Shown: piece after piece, positions 23,016 through 31,873 of the stretch
Numbering within the stretch: the first letter of the stretch is position 1
Layout of the letters: each line of letters opens with the position of its first letter
DNA from: Deltaproteobacteria bacterium
GTDB taxonomy: Bacteria; Myxococcota_A; Polyangia; Nannocystales; Nannocystaceae
Length of the DNA: 64,000 nt
Direction of reading: 5' to 3'
Assembly: GCA_016709225.1 (NCBI GenBank)
Contig: JADJEE010000012.1
Coordinates: 2,051,630 to 2,115,629 of the forward strand
Notes under the pieces: generated by a model
What the model was told of the DNA's origin: nothing
Seen by the model: the letters and a program-made list of their open reading frames with translations, nothing else
Database searches by the model: none
Position numbers and translations under genes: made by a program

Positions 23016-24404
23016 ATGGCGTTGGACCTCGCGGACGTGTACCGCCGATCGCCGGTATGGGCGCAACATGTGATGTGCTCGGTCGAGGGCTTCCGCCTGC
23101 GTCGGCTGCGGTTTTCGGCCGATTTCGAAGAACGCCTCGCGCAGGCAAGGATTCGCAGCGGCTGGACCATGGCGCAGCTACAGGCCCACCGTCTGGTGCG
23201 CCTGCGGGCGATGCTCGTCCATGCGCAGCGTCACGTTCCGTACTGGCGCGACGTGTTCGCGAGCTGTGGACTGCAGCCGGCCCGCATGCAACACGCCGAC
23301 GAGCTGACGGTGTTGCCGCTGCTCACCAAGGACATCGTCGTACGCGAGAGTCCGCGACTACGCGCAGGCGAGCTGCCCCACGCGGTCTTGCGCACGCCGG
23401 TCGAGCTACACACCAGCGGCACCACCGGCTCCGGACTCGAGCTGGTGGCCTCGGTCGAGGCGCTGCGCGAGCAGTGGGCGACCTGCTGGCGCTACCGCGA
23501 GTGGCACGGTCTGCGTCGCGGCACCTGGTGCGCCACGCTCGGCGGACGCGTCATCGTGCCCGCCGACGAGCGGCGTCCGCCGTACTGGCGCTTCAACGTG
23601 CCCGGTCGACAGCTGCTCATGTCGGGCCACCACTTCGGGCCCGCGACCGCGCCGGCGTACCTCGAGGTGCTGCGTCGCCATGAGATCCCGTGGATCCACG
23701 GCTATCCGTCGATGGTCGCGGCACTCGCCGACGCGGCGCTCACCACCGGCGCGCAGCTGCCCGCACTGCGCTGGGTGACGCTGGCCTCGGAGTCGGTGAG
23801 CGCTGGCCAGCGCCGACGCATCGTCGACGGACTCGGCGTGCAACCACGCGAGCACTACGCCCAGACCGAGTCGGTCGCGAACTTCAGCGAGTGCCCGCTC
23901 GGTCGCCTGCACGTCGACGAGGACCACGCGATGGTGGAGTTCATCCCGCACGGCCACGACGGCGGGCAGGCGTTGCACCGCGTGATCGGCACGTCGCTCG
24001 ACAGCTGGCACCAACCCTTCGTGCGCTACGATCTCGGCGACCTCGTGGTGCTCGACCATGCGCCCTGCCCCTGCGGCCGTCCGGGCCGCATCGTGCTCGA
24101 CGTCGATGGCCGCCGCGAAGACCTGGTCGAGCTCGCCGACGGGCGCCAGGTCGGGCGCGCCGGCGAGATCTTCAAGAAGCTCGAGTTCATCCGCGAGGCG
24201 CAGATCCGCCAGCGCACCGCCGGCGAGATCACCGTCGCGTTGGTCCCCCGCGGTGCTTGGACCGCCGCACACGAGGCCGAGCTGCGGGCCTCGGTCGACG
24301 CACGGCTGGGCAGCGACACCCGCATGCACGTCGAGCTGTGCGAGCAGCTGCCGCGCACGGCCTCGGGTAAGCTCCGCCATGTCGTTCGCGAGGGGAACGA
24401 CTAG
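23016..24404 (+). CDS. phenylacetate-CoA ligase / coenzyme F390 synthetase-like adenylate-forming enzyme
   Basis: Shows the PaaK-like pattern TSGTTGSG, a mid-domain YAQTE and a C-terminal GK (TASGKLRHVV). The start ATG is at 23016. Confidence 0.7.
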   Translation: MALDLADVYRRSPVWAQHVMCSVEGFRLRRLRFSADFEERLAQARIRSGWTMAQLQAHRLVRLRAMLVHAQRHVPYWRDVFASCGLQPARMQHADELTVLPLLTKDIVVRESPRLRAGELPHAVLRTPVELHTSGTTGSGLELVASVEALREQWATCWRYREWHGLRRGTWCATLGGRVIVPADERRPPYWRFNVPGRQLLMSGHHFGPATAPAYLEVLRRHEIPWIHGYPSMVAALADAALTTGAQLPALRWVTLASESVSAGQRRRIVDGLGVQPREHYAQTESVANFSECPLGRLHVDEDHAMVEFIPHGHDGGQALHRVIGTSLDSWHQPFVRYDLGDLVVLDHAPCPCGRPGRIVLDVDGRREDLVELADGRQVGRAGEIFKKLEFIREAQIRQRTAGEITVALVPRGAWTAAHEAELRASVDARLGSDTRMHVELCEQLPRTASGKLRHVVREGND

Positions 24405-24413
24405 GCCACCGTC

Positions 24414-26312
24414 ATGTGCGGCATCACCGGGATGATTCGGACCGGCGGCAGCGTCGACGCAGCGCTGCTCGATCGCATGACCGACAGTCTCGCCCACCGT
24501 GGCCCCGACGGTCGCGGCGTGCACATCGGCGACGGCTTCGGCTTCGGACATCGGCGGCTCGCGATCATCGATCTCTCGACGGGCGCGCAGCCGATGCACA
24601 GCGCCGACGGGATGCTGTGCATCACCTTCAACGGCGAGATCTACAACTACATCGAGCTCCGTGCGCAGCTGATCCGTGCCGGCCACCGCTTCGAGACCCA
24701 CAGCGACACCGAGGTGCTGCTCGCGGCCTACCGCGAGTGGGGCGACGAGATGTTCGGGCACCTCGATGGCATGTTTGCGTTCGGGCTGTGGGACGCGGGA
24801 CGACGGCGGCTGCTGTGTGCCCGCGATCATCTCGGCGTCAAGCCGCTGTACTACGCCGAGCAGCGCTCGCCGCTCGAGGGCGACACACCGCTGTCGTTCG
24901 CATCGGAGCCCAAGGCACTGCTGCAGTGCCCGTGGGTGTCGCGCGAGCTCGACCCGGTCGCGCTCGACGCCTACATGGATCTCTTCTACGTGCCGCCGCC
25001 GTTGTCGATGTTCCGCGGCGTGCGACAGCTACCGCCCGGCTCGGCGCTGTCGTGGTGCGATGGCAAGCTCGCGATCTGGCGCTACTGGGACGCGCCACCG
25101 ACCATCGACGAGCGCCACGACCTCGAGACCTGGGCCGAGATCGTGGAGCCGGTGCTCCGCGACGCGATCGTCATCCAGACCCGCAGCGACGTGCCTCTGG
25201 GCGCGTTCCTCTCGGGTGGGCTCGACTCCTCGACCATCACCGCGGTGCTGGCCGAACACGGCAGCGCGCCGGTCTCGACCTTCTGTGTCGGCTACGGCGA
25301 CGAGGGCAAGAGCTACGACGAGCGGGAAATGGCGCGGGTGGTCGCTCGGCACTTCGGCACCGATCACCACGAGGTCGTGCTCGACATCGACGTGCTGCAG
25401 GGTCTCGAGGCGATGGTGCGCGGCTTCGACGAGCCGTTCGGCAGCCCGACTGCGCTGCTGTCGTCGGCGCTATCGAAGTTCACCCGTGGCAGTGTGACCG
25501 TCGCGCTCGCCGGCGACGGTGGCGACGAGCTGTTCGGCGGCTACCCCCGCTACCGCGGCATGATGCTGTCGGAGCGCGTGTCGGGCCTGCCCGAGGGCGT
25601 CTACAACGCCGGCGAGCGGCTCGCCCAGGGCCGCGAGGCCGCGGTCGCACGCAGCTATCGACGGTGGGCTCGCCAGTTCTTCGCCGGCGCGGCATTGCCC
25701 CCCGCCGAGCGCTACGCCCGCTGGGTCGGTTACACCAGCGTGGCCGAGCGCGACGGCATGTACACCCCGGCCTTCCGTGAGCGCATCGTCTCGGCGGGCC
25801 GCGTCGATCCGGTCGCAGCGTGCTTCGCCGGGCCTGCCCACGGCGATGCGGTCGAGCGCGCCGCCTATGCCGATCTGCACGGCTTCCTGCCCGAGAACGT
25901 GCTGCGCGGCTCCGATCGCATGAGCATGGCCTGGGGTCTCGAGCTGCGGGTGCCGCTTTGTGACGTGCGGCTGGTCGAGCTCGCGATGCAGATCCCCTCG
26001 CGGCACCGCGTCGGCGCGCTCGCGAGCAAGCGCGTGCTGCGACGCATCGCCGAGAACCTGCTGCCCAAGCAGATCCTCGAGCGCAAGAAGCTCGGCTTCA
26101 ACGCCCCGCTGGGCGTGTGGCTGCGCCGAGATCTCGATCGACTGGTCTCGCAGTGGCTCGCACCGGAGCTCGTGCGCGCGCGGGGGTGGTTCGACGCCGA
26201 CGCCGTCACCCGGATCGTGCACGAGCATCGCGAGGGGCTGCGAGACCACGGGCTGCGGCTGTGGTCGCTCATCGCGATCGAGCAGTGGCACCGCTGCTAC
26301 GGCGAGGCCTAG
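24414..26312 (+). CDS. asnB: asparagine synthetase (glutamine-hydrolysing), canonical MCGI N-terminus
   Basis: MCGITGMI Ntn-Cys start, HRGPDG, RLAIIDL, a PP-loop SGGLDSS, and a typical length of 632 aa. Confidence 0.85.
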   Translation: MCGITGMIRTGGSVDAALLDRMTDSLAHRGPDGRGVHIGDGFGFGHRRLAIIDLSTGAQPMHSADGMLCITFNGEIYNYIELRAQLIRAGHRFETHSDTEVLLAAYREWGDEMFGHLDGMFAFGLWDAGRRRLLCARDHLGVKPLYYAEQRSPLEGDTPLSFASEPKALLQCPWVSRELDPVALDAYMDLFYVPPPLSMFRGVRQLPPGSALSWCDGKLAIWRYWDAPPTIDERHDLETWAEIVEPVLRDAIVIQTRSDVPLGAFLSGGLDSSTITAVLAEHGSAPVSTFCVGYGDEGKSYDEREMARVVARHFGTDHHEVVLDIDVLQGLEAMVRGFDEPFGSPTALLSSALSKFTRGSVTVALAGDGGDELFGGYPRYRGMMLSERVSGLPEGVYNAGERLAQGREAAVARSYRRWARQFFAGAALPPAERYARWVGYTSVAERDGMYTPAFRERIVSAGRVDPVAACFAGPAHGDAVERAAYADLHGFLPENVLRGSDRMSMAWGLELRVPLCDVRLVELAMQIPSRHRVGALASKRVLRRIAENLLPKQILERKKLGFNAPLGVWLRRDLDRLVSQWLAPELVRARGWFDADAVTRIVHEHREGLRDHGLRLWSLIAIEQWHRCYGEA

Positions 26313-27563
26313 TCGCTCGTGGTGGCCTGCTGGCAGGCTCGAGCACTTCGAGCTGCACGAGCGCATCGACCAGCACGCTCACGCGCTCGACGTGGGCAGG
26401 ATCGACGCGCAACGGCGCCTCTGCGGTAGCGTGAAGGAGCTCCGCGATCGAGAACGGCACGCCCTCGGTCGCCAGCATCCATCGACTCGGATCGACGAGC
26501 GTCGGACCGAGCTCGACCTCGATGTCGTCGCAACACAGGGAGCATCCGCCCCCCTCGGCGACCTCGATCCTGGCGTTCGCCGCGTGGCGAAGTCGGAACT
26601 GCGTCGAGCTCGCGGGAAGGTGGGCGAGTCGGGAGCTCGTTGCGCGTTCGATGACCTCGCGCACGTCCAACGACTCGACCAGCGCGTGCAAGCGATCCAC
26701 GGCGGCGGCGAGCTCCCGATGCGCGTCCGACCGTGCTCGCCCCGGCAAGCCGAGACCGACCGCCGGGCGACGCAGCCGCGGATCTGCCGTCAGCAAGGAG
26801 GTCATCGCGCGAGCCAGCAGCCGCGCCCACGAGTCGGGCTGGAACATGAACGACACCGAACACGAGACGGTGTCACCGATCGCTCCCGTGCGATGCCACA
26901 TGCCACTCGGGACGAACATCGCGGTGCCTGCCACGAGACGAACGCTTCGCGGTGTGTCGAAGGCCGAGCAATCGAAACGTCGCGGCCCATACTCGGGCGG
27001 CGACAGCCCAGGCAAACCATCGAGCGGACCACGGACTGGTTCGTCGGGGTGTCCTGCACGATGGGGGTGTCGGACATCCGGGTTGTCCGCGAGCTGCCAC
27101 TGCTTGGAGCCCACCACCTGCGCGACGATCACGTCGGCACCATCGAAGTGCCAGCCATAGGCGTCGCTGGCACCGGGCGGCGAGTAGACGATCCGGGTCG
27201 TGACGATCGACGCGGGGAAGCCGAGTTCGCGCGCCAGATCAGCACCCACGTTGGCGAGCGGCGGGTGGATCTCGGCGTGCGCGATCTGGATGCTCTGGCC
27301 GTCCTCGAAGCGCCGCAGCGCGTCGTCCCGCTCGAGCTCGTGTCGCGTGACGAGCCGCCCCTGGGCATCTGCCGCGAATGACGAGAGGGTGCAGCGGCGG
27401 TCCAGGCAGGGCAGCAGCTGAGCCGGGTCATGCGGGAGCGCTGCGAGTGGTCCGAGCCGCAGGGGGTCGCCTCGAACCCCAACGACCTCGCGTCGAGCCA
27501 GGCGTGGAGCAGTGCATCGACGCTGATGCCGGGCAGTACGTCGCCGATTCGCAAGTGCCGCAT
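26269..27563 (-). pseudogene. JmjC/cupin-4 family hydroxylase (ribosomal-oxygenase-like), apparent frameshift at C5 run 27462-27466
   Basis: The ATG at 27563 lies 9 nt after the upstream gene's stop and gives MRHLRIGDVLPGISVDALLHAWLDARSLGFEATP. The JmjC domain (DDALRRFEDGQSIQIAHAEIH...VYSPPGASDAYGWHFDGADVIVAQVVGSKQWQL) is in the -1 frame from about 27466. A sixth C in the CCCCC run would give continuous ...GFEATPLRLGPLAALPHDPAQLL... Confidence 0.6.
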
Positions 27564-27571
27564 GGGGGACC

Positions 27572-29764
27572 CTAGTACACGGTGCCCGCGTGGTCGCGCG
27601 GAGCGAACATGGCGAAGCCGAAGATCGAGGTGCTCGCGGACGGCTGCGGCTCGCGCCAGTGCTCGACTGCCGTCCCTCGGTAGAGCACGGCCTCGCCGGG
27701 CTCGAGCCCGATGGCGACATCACCGGCGGCGCCGCGAAGCCACAACGGCCACAGCGGAGCATCGGGTGGCGACGTGACGTCGTAGGCGATCGAGACGTTC
27801 CAGGTGCAGCCTGGCCGATCGGTGTGTCGGAGTAGCTCGGCACGCTCGCCGTAGATCCGCACGTAGCACAACGTGGGTCGAACCTCCTCGTCGACCATCG
27901 ACGAGATGATCGGGACCAGCTGGTGCTGCCAGAAGCGGGTCGCGACCTCGAAGTGAATGCCCAGGTGACCGAGATACCGGTGCTCGCGGTGGAATGCCCC
28001 CGCGCGAGCCAGGCCCTCGAGATGGCGGCCGAGTCCCTGCAGCTGCGGGCGGTTCAGCCACCGCGGGAGGCGTGCGTAGCCGAAGCTGCGGTAGTGCTCG
28101 CGCGCAACCTCGACCTCGCGGCGCCACTGCTCGCTTCGCCGCTCGCGATCTCCGGGCGCGAGCAAGATGCCCGCCTCGCGCAACATCGCGATCTCCGATG
28201 CGTCGAAGTCCCACGCCCGCGGTCCCGAGGCCCACAGCGAGTCGAACCGCGCGGCCTCGCGCGGGGCCGCGCGGTAGGGCGCCCACATGCCGCTGCCCGG
28301 ATCCCTGACCCACGCCGTCGGTCCGTGGGGAGCGAGCCGCAACGCGAACCCGAGCGTGGTCGCGATCTGTGGCGGCACGTCGGGGGTCGTCTGCACCACG
28401 TGCTCGGGATTGACGGCGAACTCCGTCGACTCCGACAACGCGGTGGCCCCTGACGGCCGTGCGCCGATCTCGGCCACCCAATCCTGCGAGACCTCGGTAC
28501 CCAGCGTCGGCGCGTCGCCGAGGACGCGCCGAAGTGCCGGTCGAGTGCGGATCCGTCGGGCGATCGCGAGGATGTCGGCCCTGCCTCGCTCGACGTCCTC
28601 GGCGTCGAAGACTGCGGCGACACGGGCAAGCAGCGCGTCCTCGTCGCAGCCGTCGAACAGGCCTCGCAGCAAGATCTCCGAGACGGGGTCTTCGGAGAGA
28701 GCGAGTGGGTCACGCAGTTGACCGAGCCAGCCCCACAGGACCTCGTCGATCGCGTGCTCGGGGTAGAGCTGCCCGAGCAGCGCGCGCATGCATGCGCGGT
28801 CGGGAACCAGCATCAGCAGGAACAGTGCGAGCCGCTGCTCGGGGTTCACGTCGGTGCGCACGCTGAGCAGCGAGTGCCGCTCGTGGACCCGAGTGATCGC
28901 CGCTTCGATGCGCAGCATGACGTCGCCGTGCACGGTGCGACCGCTCTCACAGAGGTCGGCGAGCATCGCCGACGGCACACCGAGCGCTGCGGCCCTCGCG
29001 AGCAGCTCGATGGATGCGGCGAGCGGCGACTCGCGGATCGCGACGTCGAGGCAAGCCTCGATCGCGAAGGGCGCGAATCGTCGCGGCACCTCGGCCAGCG
29101 CCCGGTATCGGAGCCGTTCGCGGGGCGTCGGCGGCCGACGCACGTACGCGACGCCCGGCGGAAGGATGGTCCACTCGGGTTGGCGCGCCGTCGTGCGCAC
29201 GAGCACCGTCGCCGCGGCCGCGTCGAGCGTCATGCACTGACACGCGAGTGGTGCGGTTCGCACGATGCTTCGCAGGTCCCCCGGCGTCAGGACCTCGGCG
29301 CCGGCCCAGCTCAGCTCACCGAGGCGGACGTCGGCGTGCTCGCGCGCGACCTCGGCGAAACGCCATTGGGCGCGAGCGATACGTCCCTCGACGACCGCGA
29401 GCACTCCCGTATCGTGGCGCTCCACCAGCTCGGTGGTCTGCTCGAACCACAGCTCCGCCTCGATCTGGAGGCCATCTGCCGCGTAGAGCTCCACCACGAT
29501 CCCATCGCCTTCGGCGGCGGACGAACTCCCGTCGGAGAACACGAGGTGGGCGAGACCGCGACAGAACCCGATCCCGGTCGTGGGTGTCTGCACGAGCACG
29601 TCGTGGGCGATGTCATCGAACGCCGCCTCGGCCCGACCCGCACGGGTCCAGCGGCCGTCGATCCTCGCCGCGACGAGCTGGGCCCATGCGCGTACCGCCG
29701 CGGCATCGTGCGCGGGACCGAAGGCGTGCGCGCGCGCGGCCGTGAGATCCCAGGGAGCGCTCAC
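27572..29764 (-). CDS. large hypothetical protein with C-terminal 2OG-Fe(II)-oxygenase-like (HxD...H) domain
   Basis: The 730-aa N-terminal two thirds have no recognised motif. The C-terminal 200 aa contain LRHTDRPGCTW (HxD) ... GEAVLYRGTAVEHWREP (distal His), consistent with a double-stranded-beta-helix oxygenase. The GTG start at 29764 overlaps the TGA of the upstream TPR gene (GTGA). Confidence 0.55.
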   Translation of the reverse strand: MSAPWDLTAARAHAFGPAHDAAAVRAWAQLVAARIDGRWTRAGRAEAAFDDIAHDVLVQTPTTGIGFCRGLAHLVFSDGSSSAAEGDGIVVELYAADGLQIEAELWFEQTTELVERHDTGVLAVVEGRIARAQWRFAEVAREHADVRLGELSWAGAEVLTPGDLRSIVRTAPLACQCMTLDAAAATVLVRTTARQPEWTILPPGVAYVRRPPTPRERLRYRALAEVPRRFAPFAIEACLDVAIRESPLAASIELLARAAALGVPSAMLADLCESGRTVHGDVMLRIEAAITRVHERHSLLSVRTDVNPEQRLALFLLMLVPDRACMRALLGQLYPEHAIDEVLWGWLGQLRDPLALSEDPVSEILLRGLFDGCDEDALLARVAAVFDAEDVERGRADILAIARRIRTRPALRRVLGDAPTLGTEVSQDWVAEIGARPSGATALSESTEFAVNPEHVVQTTPDVPPQIATTLGFALRLAPHGPTAWVRDPGSGMWAPYRAAPREAARFDSLWASGPRAWDFDASEIAMLREAGILLAPGDRERRSEQWRREVEVAREHYRSFGYARLPRWLNRPQLQGLGRHLEGLARAGAFHREHRYLGHLGIHFEVATRFWQHQLVPIISSMVDEEVRPTLCYVRIYGERAELLRHTDRPGCTWNVSIAYDVTSPPDAPLWPLWLRGAAGDVAIGLEPGEAVLYRGTAVEHWREPQPSASTSIFGFAMFAPRDHAGTVY

Positions 29765-31308
29765 GGTGCCTCCGCGATCGAGCGAAACAGCGCGAGGTTC
29801 TGCTCCAGGCGCGGCGAGTCTGGCCGGAGACGGGCACACGACTCGAGCAGCGCGAGCGACGTGTCCAGATGACCGTCGGTGACGGCGATCGCCTGAGCCA
29901 GCAGCGCGACCCCGCATTCGTGGTGATCCTCGTCCCATGAGGTCAGGTCGTGCCGCGACAGCAACGCACGCGTGCGTTCGTACTTCCCTGTGCGGTTCCA
30001 GAGCGAAGCGAGGTTGCAGATGTGATAGGGGCTGACCGGCTCGAGCTCGGCGGCGCGCGCGAGCGATGTTTCACCACGCACGTCGTCGCCCGCGGCGACG
30101 AACGCACGACCCATCAGCGAGTGCGCGGTCGCGAGGTACGGGTCGATCTCCCGGGCCCGCTGGGCAGCGAGCAAGGCTGTCTCCGGACGGCCAGCCGCCA
30201 GCTCCCAACGGGCCCAATCCATCGGGTAGTACGGATACGTGGGATCGAGATCGAGCAATCGCCGATAGCTCACCTCCGCACGTGCGGCGTCCCCCAGCGC
30301 CCGCAGGCAGAGGATGCGGTTGTACTCGAGCACCGAGTGGTGCAGATCGACCTCGGCGCCCGCGAGTTCACGCAGACGCGCGATCCCCAGATCGAGCGAT
30401 GCGAGCGCCTCGCGAACTCGCCCACGCTTGAACCATACTAGCGCGAGGCCGTTGCGGTTGAACACGCGACGAAACGCGAGCTCCGGGTCGCGATCGGAGG
30501 GGTCGAGGCCGACGATGATCTCGTACGCCTCCTGTAGATACGCCTCGCCGCGATCGAGGTCGCGAAAGCTCGAGGCATGGTGGCGAATCGCGAGCATCGC
30601 GAGCGAGTAGCAGGCCCGCGCGCGGTCGAGCGGCTCGGCGTGGGCGTAGACCCGCCCGAAGTGGTACTCGGCCTCGAACGGCCGCAGCGTGGCGTTGGCC
30701 GCGACGCCGAGCAGCATCTCGACCTCGACGTGGAACCGCTCGCGGGCAAGTCGACGCGCGAGACGCTCGCTCGTGTGGTAGTCGCCGACGTACGTGCACG
30801 TTCGCGCGGCATCGAGGACTCGCACGAACTCGTCGTCGGTCAGCGGCCGCTCGCGCAAGCATGCGCTGGCGACCTCCGCCTCGCGCCGCCCGGCGGGGTC
30901 GTCCGACGCCGCCTCGACCTCGGCAGTTCGCGAGAACGTCATCTCGATGCGACAGCTGGGGAGGTGGTGACCAAGCGCATGGAAGAACAGCGCGGTGCCC
31001 TCGTGGATGTGCTCGCAGCCCTCGATCTCGATGCGATCGAGCCCACGGCAGGCGTGCTTGCTCGCTGCCGCGAGTGTGAACAGACGCTGCCGCACCAGCG
31101 GCTCGGTGAAGTAGCGCAGCTGGGTGTCGACGGTCGTCGCATCGGTGAGGTGGGACTCGGCGCGAACGTCCTCGACGCCGCCATCGGTCCCGCGGACCAG
31201 CAGGTGCGCAACCTGTTCGGGCACGCTGCTCGGGCGGTACCCGACGCGATCGAGGAATTCGCGGACCGGGGCGAACTCGAAGGGGGTTCGACGACAACGG
31301 ACATGCAT
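29761..31308 (-). CDS. TPR-repeat protein with N-terminal uncharacterised domain
   Basis: The start is at MHVRCRRTPFEFAPVREFL (31308). The C-terminal 350 aa are TPR-like (YYPMDWARWELAAGRPETALLAAQRAREIDPYLATAHSLMGRAF...). Confidence 0.65.
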   Translation of the reverse strand: MHVRCRRTPFEFAPVREFLDRVGYRPSSVPEQVAHLLVRGTDGGVEDVRAESHLTDATTVDTQLRYFTEPLVRQRLFTLAAASKHACRGLDRIEIEGCEHIHEGTALFFHALGHHLPSCRIEMTFSRTAEVEAASDDPAGRREAEVASACLRERPLTDDEFVRVLDAARTCTYVGDYHTSERLARRLARERFHVEVEMLLGVAANATLRPFEAEYHFGRVYAHAEPLDRARACYSLAMLAIRHHASSFRDLDRGEAYLQEAYEIIVGLDPSDRDPELAFRRVFNRNGLALVWFKRGRVREALASLDLGIARLRELAGAEVDLHHSVLEYNRILCLRALGDAARAEVSYRRLLDLDPTYPYYPMDWARWELAAGRPETALLAAQRAREIDPYLATAHSLMGRAFVAAGDDVRGETSLARAAELEPVSPYHICNLASLWNRTGKYERTRALLSRHDLTSWDEDHHECGVALLAQAIAVTDGHLDTSLALLESCARLRPDSPRLEQNLALFRSIAEAP

Positions 31309-31390
31309 GGAGACCTCGACGACGCGGCACCCACACCACGGTGCGGCCAAGTTGGGGTCGCGCCGTGGATCGCGGCGTGCGATGTGAAGT

Positions 31391-31416
31391 GTGCGGACGG
31401 ACAAACCCGTCCGCAC
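31391..31416 (-). other. stable stem-loop (GUGCGGACGG-loop-CCGUCCGCAC) immediately 3' of the small ORF; possible attenuator or partial terminator
   Basis: A perfect 10-bp inverted repeat with a 6-nt loop. There is no U-tract, so it is not a classic intrinsic terminator. Confidence 0.45.
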
Positions 31417-31428
31417 GAGGTTGGCGAG

Positions 31429-31590
31429 CTACCGCCGACTCGGCGGGACCGTGTACATCAGCGGGCCGCCAGGCTCGAGCGGCGTCGACTGTCCGACGCC
31501 ACCCTTGATCTGGGTGAGCTGCTCCAACGTCAACGATCGCTTCGTCGTAGGCGCCGGCTCCGGTGCCGGCTTCTTGTCTTGCTTCGTCAT
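31429..31590 (-). CDS. 53-aa precursor-like peptide with double-glycine-type leader (MTKQDKKPAPEPAPTTKRSLTLEQLTQIKGG | VGQSTPLEPGGPLMYTVPPSRR)
   Basis: Hidden at the C-terminal end of junk ORF 31429..32154(-). An ATG at 31590 is preceded by GAGGAGAAACA. LTLEQLTQIKGG fits the LSxxELxxIxGG leader consensus. The stop is at 31429-31431 and a 10-bp GC hairpin follows 13 nt downstream. Confidence 0.6.
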   Translation of the reverse strand: MTKQDKKPAPEPAPTTKRSLTLEQLTQIKGGVGQSTPLEPGGPLMYTVPPSRR

Positions 31591-31593
31591 TGT

Positions 31594-31603
31594 TTCTCCT
31601 CGA
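31594..31603 (-). promoter_or_regulatory. Shine-Dalgarno (GGAG, 5-nt spacer) for the precursor-like small ORF
   Basis: Minus-strand mRNA reads CUCGAGGAGAAACA-AUG. Confidence 0.5.
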
Positions 31604-31873
31604 GGCCGCCGAAGCGTCCGAGAATTCGGAACGCACCATGATGAGTAGGGCCGACCTCGCGCGCGGTAGACCTGCGGATCCGCGCTTCGATCACCCGCGG
31701 GGCCCTCGCACCGTCGCAAGACGACGAAGACACCACCCTTGGAAGGGAGCGTCGGTGCACGCAGCGCACGGCCCTGGCCTTGCGGCTCGCACGCACCCTC
31801 CGCACGCGCGGGCCAGTCGCGGCGGCGCTCGTCGTGCTGGCGCTGCTCGGGTGCCCGCTGCGGTACCCTCGAG

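Noticed and set aside
26269-26312. 44-nt convergent overlap of asnB and the JmjC gene 3' ends as a possible antisense regulatory feature
   Set aside because: Short convergent overlaps are common in compact GC-rich genomes, and there is no evidence of function from sequence alone.
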